Source: Macrostomum lignano (taxonomy: Eukaryota). From it: a stretch of 64,000 nucleotides of DNA. Made by a program: the position numbers and the translations under genes. Position 1 is the first letter of the stretch. Each line of letters begins with the position of its first letter. The notes under the pieces were generated by a model. That model searched no databases, was not told where the DNA came from, and saw nothing but the letters and a program-made list of their open reading frames with translations. Below, piece by piece: positions 1 through 12,100 of this stretch. The DNA lies in assembly GCA_002269645.1 (NCBI GenBank), contig NIVC01000033.1, positions 423,335-487,334 on the forward strand, in the 5' to 3' direction.

Positions 1-195
1 ATGTTTGAACTATTTATGAATAACTTTATTATTTTTTATGAATTTCTTTGATTGATTTTTTCACCAGCTTTTCTATCGCCCTAAAGTTCCTATGCTTTGC
101 GCATGATATTATGCAACTTATTACGCAGTAAACTCAACTCTGTTTCATGGAATCGCAACAAAGCAGGGCAACCTAACAAAACTTGGCGATTGCAG

Positions 196-3100
196 TGTGC
201 TGATGAACTCCATGGCCGCCACGCACGTTGACACGGGGCCGGTGCCCGACTACCGCAAGGAGATGGCCATCTTCTACGTCATCTTTTTCATCGTGTTTCC
301 CTTCTTCTTTGTGAACATCTTCGTCGCCTTGATCATCATCACGTTCCAGGAGCAGGGCGAGAATGATCTGGTGGACCAGGAGATCGACAAGAACCAGGTG
401 AGGGCCGCTTGACAGTCGAAGCCAGCTTGATAGTGCCGTTCAACAGGGACCTAAAGAATATTTTGAGAAACATTTTTACAGTCTGGATTATTTCTGTCGG
501 AGATCCAGGCTTCAGTTAAGACAAGGGGCCCAAAATCCTCTAGTTACCGTATCCCGTAGTTTGTTAGTCATTAATCTCAATAGCATGAAAAAAAGCAAAA
601 AAATATGAAATAATTGACAACCTGTTCGATTTGGCCCCTGATGCCAGAAATCCAGTAGCCAAATGGCAATTTTCAACAGTGTGACTTATGAAAACCCAGT
701 CAAAATTGAAGACATTCCAAGAATATTTTAATTAGAAGCCTAGATATGCAGTATTGGTTTGTTATACGGAAAAAGTACACATTGGACTCGCACAAAAGCA
801 ATATGACGTTCCTAATTCGCTCTCCACAACACAGCGCCAGTGCATTGACTTCGCCATCAACGCGAGGCCGCTGTGCCGCTACATGCCCAAGAACAAGAAC
901 TCCATCAAGTATCGAATTTGGCGATTGGTGGTGTCTACACCGTTCGAATACTTCATCATGGTGATGATTGCGCTAAATACTCTAATTCTGATGATGAAGG
1001 TAAGGGCTTGTGTCGTGATAGCCTGACTATTGCTTAAAGCAAAATCACAATTTTTATTTCATGAAAGTGAAATTGTATAAAGCCAGAATGCCTTTCTTGA
1101 ATTTTACTTTAATTGGAATTTAAATATTTTCTCCACCCACCTCACTCCCGTCCCCACGACCCTTTATTTATATACCCACCTCACTCCCGTCCCCACGACC
1201 CTTGATTTCTACACCCACCTCACTCCCGTCCTCACGACCCTTGATTTCTACACCCACCTCACTCCCGTCCCCCACGACCCTTGATGTCTACACCCACCTC
1301 ACTCCCGTCCCCACGATCCTTGATTTCTACACCCACCTCACTCCCGTCCCCCACGACCCTTGATGTCTACACCCACCTCACTCCCGTCCCCACGATCCTT
1401 GATTTCTACACCCACCTCACTCCCGTCCTCACGACCCTTGATTTCTACACCCACCTCACTCCCGTCCCCCACGACCCTTGATGTCTACACCTACCTCACT
1501 CCCGTCCCCACGATCCTTGATTTCTACACCCACCTCACTCCCGTCCCCCACGACCCTTGATGTCTACACCCACCTCACTCCCGTCCCCCACGACCCTTGA
1601 TGTCTACACATACCTCACTTCCGTCTCCCACGACTATTGTTTATTCCATCCACCTCACCTTCTTTTGATTCACCCGTACTTTCTCCACCCCTGACTCCGT
1701 ACCCACCAGCCTCTCAATTAGTTTTTTTAAATGATGACATCTATCAGGCATTATAGATAAAGTATATATTGCTTGTATTTGCTTAATATGCCACTATTAA
1801 AGTGTCTATTGCCAAAAATGCCACATGCTTGCCAACAATTTTAGCAGCTCATTGCTCTATATGCCGTTATTAAGCAATTCAAGATGTGATTTCATTATTA
1901 CCTTATAAAAGTTTCACCACCTGCTTACATAAAAAGATTATATTTACCAAGAGTACCAAGATAAACAAGTCAAACAGTCAAGTCCCCTAGCAGCTTTGAA
2001 ATTGATTAAATATGAAAATAATTTTCAGTTCCACGGTGCCAGTCAATTCTACAGCGATATAATGAGAAATCTGAATATCGCATTCACCGTGGTGTTTAGC
2101 ATTGAATGCCTGCTGAAAATGCTGGGCTTAGATATTAGGGTAAGCCCGAGCAGCCCAAAACACCTGCCGGTCCTTGAGCCTTCAACCATATATGCCGCTT
2201 CCTTCGGCTGTTTCTGTTCAGTTTTTATTCAATTTCTTTTCTGTTTTATATATTTTCTTAAATAATCTTAGAGCAGAATTAGCCAATCTTTTCATCTGCT
2301 CTGCAGCCTTTCCTAAAAAATGGCATTTAACTTTTAGTAGAGCTGCTTGAGCCTCCAACTTCGCTTCGCGAATTTGATTTCGTTTGGAAAGGTGGTCCTT
2401 CAGGCGTTAGGCCCTAAAGGCCCTAAAGGCGCAAAGCCTTTCTATCCGACCCTCGGGACCTTTGAAACTTCACAATAGCAATCTGGCCCGCTCAATGTCT
2501 ATATCTATTCTCAGCGCTCTTCTCTCTAATCTCCTCTCTCCTCTCCTATTTCATCTCTACTCTCTTCTCCTTTATTCCCTCGCCTCTCCAGCCATTGTTT
2601 TGCTTGCTAGCCTCAGCTCTGGTTAATCCAGCTTAACTTTTCTGCTTCAAGGCAGGACAGGGCAGAGTGCTCTCGAGAAAAGGAATTAGTCCTTTGTCAC
2701 GCTTGTTTCATTTCTAAACTTCGTTTTCTGAACTGAAGAGATTTTGCACCAGATCTGCAAAGCATGGCAGAGACCAACTTTCTCAGTAGTTTTGCTCATT
2801 TATTCTTTCATAGACCGTTTTTTCTTTGAATTTTATAATTAAAAAGCAGCAAAGATTGCCGGATGCAAGCAGCGGAGTGTTCAGCTAAGTTGTAGGCTGG
2901 CCCTCCCACCTATCCGACTTTGCTTAACATTATTCATTAAAGCTGAGCGAGAGAAAACTTGTAAAATCTTTCTGTGCATTTATTAACTTTTTTACCTCTT
3001 GGCTATTAAATATTTTTATTGTGCCAGCTGCTCAGTCTGAGCTAGGTTGTGCTCAAAGTAATCCTAACTGCCATCTGGAGCACCGGCCCATGCCGCAGCC

Positions 3101-6100
3101 GTGATGGCCTTCAATTTTTTGCACCGCTAGATTTCAAAGCATGTAAACTACTTATACTACTGATAACTGATTATACTACTGCCTTTGACGTACTTTACTG
3201 TAACTGGCGTACCCGCCGTGCAATTCTTTACCGTTCCTGCGCTCCTCCTCCCTCTCTGCCCCCGCGGTTGCCTGTGTGCAGTACTACAGGCGCGAGACTC
3301 AAACACTGGACGGTCTGGAAGATCCCGAGCACCAGGCGTACAAGCACTATTGCAGTACCCTGGTGTACCTCAACTCAGCCTTCACTGTCATGTTCTCTGT
3401 TGAGTGCATACTCAAAATCCTGGCATTTGGACCCAAGGTACATCGAGTTGCTCCTAACTTGCTGCAACCGGAGCCGTGCTAATTTTTTGTGGTGTCATTT
3501 TTTAATCATGGTTGCGCTGAGTCTGACGTGTTGTCCCCCGCAGTCTCCAGCCTCTAATAGTCTACACCTGTTTGGGATAGTGTTATTAATTTCTAAGCAT
3601 GCAAAACTGCTGGTGAATAATTTACTATTTTGTACATTCGGTTACGGTTATTCTAGTTAACACTCGAAATGGAACCGTTTTATACACAGTATTTACATGT
3701 GATTGACTATCCCAGTGTACCCGACATCACTCACTGTACTCCTGTTTTTCGCACATTTGTGGGGAGTTCAACATAATGACATTACTAATTGCAATTATTC
3801 AAATGCGTAGATTTTGACACAAATAGGGTAGCAAAGGGAATTATACCCAGTGGCTCACCATCGCCCTGAGCATTCATTAAATTTGCACTTGACAGACAGC
3901 CTGTCCATAAAATATCCTGCACATTGGCTGTTTAAGCGCATGCTTTCACACTCGTATGTGAATGATTGAGCGACCCCAGGGCCCTCAAAGTTCACGTTGT
4001 CTGAACCCTGCAGTCTTGACGTCGGCAATGCGTGCTAGTTGTTGTCGCTGTTGTCGCGATAAAGTGTATGCGGATTAACAGTTATGCTGGGCCCTATCTG
4101 ATCCAGCATCCAGCTCTAGATGCAGCACTTTTTACGGATTTTTTCTTTGTTACCAATATCATATGTAGGTGAATAGTGACTTGATAGGGAACATCTATCT
4201 AGTGTTAAACAAGCGAGATATGCGTCATATTCTGATGTCTTACATACATTACTAAAGTTTTCAGGCTGTCAGACACGTAAGTCTTTTTATAGCATAAATA
4301 CCTATTTTATCCGGCATAATATGTTGCTCAATAACTTTTAACAGCCAATCGGCATTCGCTGCACTTTTATGAAAAATTCAAGTTGCAGAAATTTCTGCGC
4401 ATGCCAGACTGTATCTTCTAAAGATTTCCAAACGTCACGTTGCTTCACCAAATTTTAGAACTACTTCCGAGACAGATGGAACATATTCGACTTTATCACA
4501 GTCATTGGCAGCATCACAGATGTACTGGTGTCGGGATTACAGGTAATGCTTCTTGACAGGTGAAGCTCTATCCCTATCCTAGCCACCTTTGTAGAGACTA
4601 GACAAGATCACACCAAACACATCGAACCACATGAAAACCCACCAGACCAGATCACACCAAACACATCGAACCACATGAAAACCCACCAGACCAGATCACA
4701 CCAAACACATCGAACCACATGAAAACCCACCAGACCAGATCACACCAACACCAGACCAGACCAGACCAGACCAGACCAAAATGTCATACCTGCTGCAACT
4801 CACTGCTCAACGCCTCCAACCTCAACCCTGCACCGCACTGCAGCAACAAAGCTTCCTCAATCTCGGATTTCTTCGTCTATTCCGAGCCGCCCGCCTCATC
4901 AAGCTGCTGCGCCAGGGCTACACAATCCGCATCCTGCTGTGGACGTTCATCCAGTCTATCAAAGCCCTGCCGTACGTCTGCCTGCTCATCATCATGCTGT
5001 TCTTCATCTACGCCATCATCGGCATGCAGGTGTTCGGCAACATCAAGCTGGACAATGAGAGCGACATCAACAGGCACAATAATTTCCAGACGTTTCTCAA
5101 GAGCCTCGTGCTGCTGTTCCGCTGCGCCACTGGCGAGTCCTGGCAGACCATCATGCTGGCCTGCTCAGCTGGCAAGGACTGCCAGCCTCCGCCATCCACG
5201 AAGGATAATCCATACTCACCTAGCGATGAAACGGGCAGCACCTGCGGCAACAACATCTCCTACATCTACTTTGTTTCCTTTATCTTCTTTTGCACATTTC
5301 TCATGCTCAACCTGTTCGTGGCCGTCATCATGGACAACTTCGACTACTTGACCAGGGACTCCTCAATTCTGGGCCCGCATCATCTGGACGAGTATAGCAG
5401 AGTGTGGGCCGAGTTCGACCCCGGTGCGACGGGGCGAATCCACTTTACGGAGATGTACGACATGCTCCGCAACATGGAGCCGCCCGTCGGGTTCGGCAAG
5501 AAGTGCCCCTACCGCTTGGCCTACCGGAAGCTGATCCGCATGAACATGCCAGTGGACGAGAACAACACCGTGCACTTCACCACCACCCTGTTCGCGCTCA
5601 TCCGCGAGTCGCTGAGCATCAAGGTGGACGCGGTCGAACTAATGGACAAAAAGGACGAGGAGCTGCGCGTGAGCATCCAGAAGATGTGGCCGCTGCGGGC
5701 AAAGAAATGCCTCAACAAGCTCGTGCCGCCCGACGAAGGTGCGTTAAAGTTTTGCATGTCCTCATGGATAGTACGAAACCCACACGAATAGCAATTCCAA
5801 GCACACATTGAGCATTCTATTGCTACATATTCTTGTAACTGAACGAATTCTCTCTCTCGAAGAAATGGTGCAAAGCAGACACCGATCAAAGCTAGTCCAA
5901 ATGGATCTTATCCAATCCCCTAGGAATATGGAGACCTTTAATTGAATAACTCAACAGAAATCAACTGATCGATAACGGCTGGCAATGACTCAGCTCTCAG
6001 TAATCAAATAACAAGGGTTTCAACAAAGGCTTACCGATCGGTATACACTTCTCCCAGAGATGTAGCCTCGATTTAGGAGTAGTTCTTGATCGGTCTCAAG

Positions 6101-9100
6101 TTTTCCCGAGGCTGCTCAGAGTCTGAGACTTCAGCTCGGATTTTGGCTTGTATTTATAGGAAATTTTCACATGAACAGGGTCATTTTGATGGGGTGATAG
6201 GATCAATTCTTAGGAATTTTACCCCGTGACAGTTGAATAGTATTTTAGGAAATTTAATAGATTTCGGGGCTCCGTTTACCTTTCTAGGGTCGCTATTCGT
6301 TGCTTACGGTATCATATAGTAACATGATTAATAGTTTAAGTTTTGCTGTGCGTGTTTGCGTTACTCTAATTGTAGACGTAAACAGCTTTTAATTGGTTGA
6401 TCCATAATGTACGTTAGTCACTGAAATGTACATGGCAGATTTAGGCTGGGGCAGGGCAGGGGTAGAGGTTCGGCGTGGAGTTTGGGGTTTTAGCTTGGGG
6501 GGGGGGTAAGAGCCAATAAATAAGCCTTGTCTTTAAAAATACATTAAAATGCTTCAGTTTAACTTACTACTGAACTGAAAGTAGCTTGCATGCAAATGTG
6601 CTGAGTGGCCCATCCAGCGTACCAAGCAACGTCAGACGAACTTCCAATCTTTCCAGAGCTGTGCGAGTTCAAAATGACGGTCGGCAAGATCTACGCTGGC
6701 CTGCTGATCCTGGAAAACTGGCGGGCGTTCAAGTCGAGCAGCAAGGACGGCGCAGGGGTGAGTGCCCGATGCTCCAAATCGCAGACACTTTTTTGTTTTA
6801 AATTTGTTTAACCCTTTTAGCTTCCGAAAGAACAGTGTCAATTATTTCCAATTTACAAGTAGAATTTTGCTGTTACTTAATTGTGAACAGCAAAAATGGA
6901 ACTTTCTTTAAGTAGTCTCTCAGAGAGTTTCTGGTGAGCCAAATCAATATCCAATACTCGATCTTCCTGTACGCCATCGTCGCCAGGTAAAACCAACTAA
7001 AGGTGTTCTGGCATCGCCAACAGCTTCACGCACCATCAATGAAGAGGTATTTTGCAATCTCTGTGCAGGCAGTTTTACTCCTTTTCATTATTGTGAGACC
7101 GGTCAGATCTGCATCATTCACCGACAGCAGAGTTGTTTATACAAACTGATGCTTTTATTCGAACACTGGAATCCACGGCGCATTTCAATTTATGAATTCC
7201 TTACCTTTGTTTATAAAAAAGTGGTGTCATTGTTTGTTTCGTTACTTTGTTTTAATTATTCGTCATTTTCTGTTTCTATTTAAATTAAGATTAATTAGAA
7301 GTTTTAATTTCAGTCAGGCTGAATAGTTCTCATAAAATTTACAGAAATCTTCAGAAAGAGTTCTCAATCAATGTTTTTAGTAATCAGATGGAATTGGAGT
7401 AGTCATACGAGCTGCGGATTAACCCAGCAACGGCAGTTATAAATTATGTATAGCGAGCACAAAAATTCCATGAAATTCTGTTAACACCATGTACTTTTTT
7501 GTCTATGCGAAAGATCAGCATCGTAATTTTGTTTTCAGTTGATCATAAAATAACTTTGTTTAAACTCACACAACCAGCCACGCACCAAAACAAAATGGCA
7601 TTTAAAAAACACCGGCGCAATGAGCCCTTTTTAAGTGTGGCACCCGCGCTGCATTTTAAACATGCGAACTAAGATAATCAGATTTTCCGCTAACAGTTTC
7701 AACTTAGGTACCGCACTGTAGTCTTTAATAATAAACCGCAATACGTCGCCCTAAAGGTTAATCGTTGAGAAAAAAATTTAAGCAATGAAGATTTGATTGA
7801 TTGTTTTCTAAAATGTTTTGCTGCAGCAAAAGTATGATTGAATTGGTTTGCGCACTTCACAGTGAAGAATGACAGTTCATGTTTTTTTTCAATTTTAGCT
7901 CAGACTTAAACCTTTTTTGCAAATGGTTACCTGTAGCAAATTATCCATCGGGTTTTCTAGCACTGAGCTACATTTTTTTCAATTAATAATCGAGCTTTCG
8001 TCATTGTTTCCGTCCCAGCAGGAAGACAGATTAACATTGTTTGAAGAGTTGCTAGTAAGCAACCGAATTTAAAAACTCTCATTTTTTGAAACACGGTAGA
8101 AAAATTATCCGGTAGCAAATTAATCGAACTGACAGAAGACGATTTTTTCCAGTTTGTTTTACTCGCTTCACACCGAGTTGCCTTTGCCACGACGGCAGCT
8201 TTCGCAAATCTTGACGCGATTTTGTCGATGTGTTTGCTGATATTTTGAATGGGAACAATTCAGGATGCCATGTTGAGTGATTTTTATTGTATGAATTTTT
8301 GTTTCAAAACTTTCCAGTGGCGAGGCAGCATTCACTCGTCTGAGTTCGACGAGCTCAGCCTGTCCGATTTGAAGTGAATAGAAAATTACTGGGCATCGGG
8401 GACTTTCTATAGATATAACTCGCTTTGCATTGGTGAAGGTGTTTAATTGTTTTAATGCTTAGTGCTTGGTAAAGGGATTTATTGTGCATGGTGAACCACG
8501 GCCTCCCTATCAGCTCCCGCTTGACTCAATCTTGACCCCGCGGTTTCAGGCCAAGCAATCCTCAATTCTGGCCAAGCTGATGGACAATGTCATGCGCGGC
8601 AATGTGAACAGGTCCAGCGAAAGCCTCAATGCTCGCCACTCCTCCGACGAGGACGGTCGAAGGTGACGGGTTTTATCTCATAATTTATAACCATCCGCGG
8701 TTGCTGAGTTCTGGCATGCCTGCTGGACATTTACATTTAGAAATTGTTAATTTTGCTTCTTTTGCACTTTGTCTGCTTTTAGCAACGAATTGCTTTCTTG
8801 CTATCGTACAAGTAAATTAAGTAAACCATAGAAGCTTTTCCTTTCCTGGTGAGTTGCCCGGCCTAGAGTAATAAAAGTAATGCTTCCTGGGGTAAGCAAA
8901 GAGACGATTATGGGAAATTTCCAGTTTCCTCGCTAAATTAGTAGTTAGAGCCTCAACAAAGCAGTCATTGTTGTAATTTTAGGGTAAAAACAGACATGCT
9001 TGTAGCTAGTAATACTTGAGCTACTTAATTGGCGCTTGAAAGGACGAGAGGTAGGGCTGCAGCTGCAGAATGAGTGCTTTAAAGTGATTTTAAGCGCGGT

Positions 9101-12100
9101 CGGATCAGAAACCTTACATAGAGCTTTCTCTAAACCAATGTGTTTTACCTATCTGCATTCTTAGACTTTACTGCCCTTCGGTCCGCCTAAATTTAAGCAT
9201 GTTTTAACCTTAGACCATATTAAATTGCTATTAAATTTTAGCATCGACCGGCAGCCGGGCGAGCCAACCAAGAAGTCATTCTCATTCTTGGGCCGCGGCG
9301 GAGGAGCCGACAGCCGGAACAAGGAGCCCGGAGAGAACCTTACGGCCCAGGTGAGCCACTTGATGGCGAATTGATAGCCAATTGAATAGCACCCAAAGCG
9401 TACTGATAGTGTTACTACAGATATGCCCAGGCTTACATATTTTACAGATTTACAGTAGTTTCGATCTAAGTCTTAAATCATCGAATGGAATCTGAATTTA
9501 CACAATGTGTGAGCGGTGGCTTTGGACCCGGGCCCCTCCTCACTCCGAACAGAGGCTCTCAGCCAATGAACGGTGGCGTTGGACCCGGGCCCCTCCTCAC
9601 TCCGAACAGAGGCTCTCAGCCAATGAACGGTGGCTTTGGACCCGGGCCCCTCCTCACTCCGAACAGAGGCTCTCAGCCAATGAACGGTGGCGTTGGACCC
9701 GGGCCCCTCCTAACTCCGAACAGAGGCTCTCAGCCAATGAACGGTGGCTTTGGACCCGGGCCCCTCCTCACTCCGAACAGAGGCTCTCAGCCAATGAACG
9801 GTGGCGTTGGACCCGGGCCCCTCCTAACTCCGAACAGAGGCTCTCAGCCAATGAACGGTGGCTTTGGACCCGGGCCCCTCCTCACTCCGAACAGAGGCTC
9901 TCAGCCAATGAACGGTGGCTTTGGACCCGGGCCCCTCCTCACTCCGAACAGAGGCTCTCAGCCAATGAACGGTGGCTTTGGACCCGGGCCCCTCCTCACT
10001 CCGAACAGAGGCTCTCAGCCAATGAACGGTGGCTTTGGACCCGGGCCCCTCCTCACTCCGAACAGAGGCTCTCAGCCAATGAACGGTGGCTTTGGACCCG
10101 GGCCCCTCCTCACTCCGAACAGAAGCCCACAGCCAATGAGTGGTGGCTTTGGGCATGAACCATTCGGACTGCAAAGAGGGCCGCAGCCAGTGCAGAGCCC
10201 CATTCATGGGATTGTCCAGTAAGACAGTAAGGATAAAACTGCTTTCAGCTTATTAAATTAAAATGTTGCACAAAACTTTCCAATTGCAGTTGTACAATCG
10301 CATTTGGCAACGGATCGATAGGGTACTTTATTTCTAATCAATCTTCTTCCTAATTCGGTGTTGGGTAGCAAAAGGTCCAATAATTTTAAAGAAAATTACA
10401 TGATATTTGCGCATGTAAACATACATACACATATGTTAGCGTACCTGGGTGTTTATGCGGTTCAATAATTCTCTGTAATTAACGATATGGTATCGGGTAA
10501 ATGCGATGACCTGCACTCTATTGTAACTGCTATTGGCGAGGTAATTCCGTTTCTCTCCTGGGCCCTCCGAATCCACCGACTTCATTGCCGATTCAAACGC
10601 TAAAAACGCAGATTTCCCTGCCGTGGCAGCGACAGCCACCGCCTGCGCAGGATTCGAGCCCTGCAGACGCCTCCACTGAGCAGCGCATCTGAGTCTGAGT
10701 TCGCTTAGGAGCTGATTTTAATTAAGTAGGCGGTGTCTCGAAGAGTTAAAAAATATCCAGGAAAGCTGTTCGTTTTCACAGGTTCGGGAAATTTTTTTAC
10801 AGGAGCCAAGTTTCCTTCAACACAAGCCGCTCCGCCGCTTCTTTGCATTTCTTGAATTTGGTGACGGCCTCAGTTGCTCAGACCCAGCTTTCAGATCAAA
10901 TTCAAAGCGCCAGAAAGTCGCAGACTTCCCGCAATAGGATTTTACACAAACTGAAGTTTCCCCGCTAACCCCTTTCTCCGGCAAATGGTTTTAAGGTTTT
11001 ACTCGATGCTTTGCTGGTCAGTTCACATCTCTGTAACCCTGCTTTTCATATCATGAAACCGCTCGCCGTTCAACAGTACAAGCACGGCAACCTGCGCAAC
11101 TATCTCGACTCAAGCCCGACCCCGTCGCGTCCAACATCTCCGTCGCCTCATTATCATCATCAACCGTATCGTCAACACCAGGCGCCCGCCGGCTACCCCG
11201 GGCCGGGGATGGCCTCGAGTCCGTTCGGAGCCGCTGCAGCAGGTGGGTTCGCGCAGGCGGTGTCGAGCATGATTGACCAGGCCCACCAGCTGGCCGAGAG
11301 GGAGCGGCGGGAGCGCTATTTTGGTGAGTTGGTCGCCTGAGTCCTTATAAGGTTGAGTCTGAACTCAAGTTTGAACCCCTTCGTTCGCTAAACCACCATG
11401 GCACCAATCGCCCCTCGCAAGAAAAGTCGTTGGACGCATATTGATGGACAGCAAGACTATGAGCCACAATCTTTATAAACATCGAAAAATTCTAGTAGAT
11501 ATCTCTAGTCAGCATTGACAAGCTCTAGACAACAATGACAAATTCTAGACAATCGAGACAAGCTCTAGACAACAATGACAAACTCTAGATAACAGGGACA
11601 AGCTCTAGACAACAGAGACAAGCTCTAGACAACAGAGACAAGCTCTAGACAACAGAGACAAGCTCTAAACAACAGAGACAAGCTCTAGACAACAGAGACA
11701 AGCTCTAGACAACAGAGACAAGCTCTAGACAACAGAGACAAGCTCTAAATAACAGAGACAAGCTCTAGACAACAGAGACAAGCTCTAGACAACAGAGACA
11801 AGCTCTAAACAAGAGAGACAAGCTCTAGACAATAGAGACGAGCTCTAAACAAGAGAGACAAGCTCTAGACAACAGAGACGAGCTCTAAACAACAGAGACA
11901 AGCTCTAGACAACAGAGACGAGCTCTAAACAACAGAGACAAGCTCTAGACAACAGAGACGAGCTCTAAACAACAGAGACGAGCTCTAAACAACAGAGACA
12001 AGCTCTAGACAACAGAGACGAGCTCTAAACAACAGAGACAAGCTCTAGACAACAGAGACAAGCTCTAGACAATAGAGACAAGCTCTAAATAACAGAGACA

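Noticed and set aside
521-640. Small inverted repeat CAAGGGGCCCAAAATC / GATTTGGCCCCTG as a MITE
   Set aside because: Short, imperfect match and no TSD.
5834-6324. Possible reverse-strand solo LTR (TGT...ACA ends, TATA-like TATAAATA on the - strand)
   Set aside because: The flanks (ATTCT and TGATT) give no target site duplication and there is no second copy in the window.
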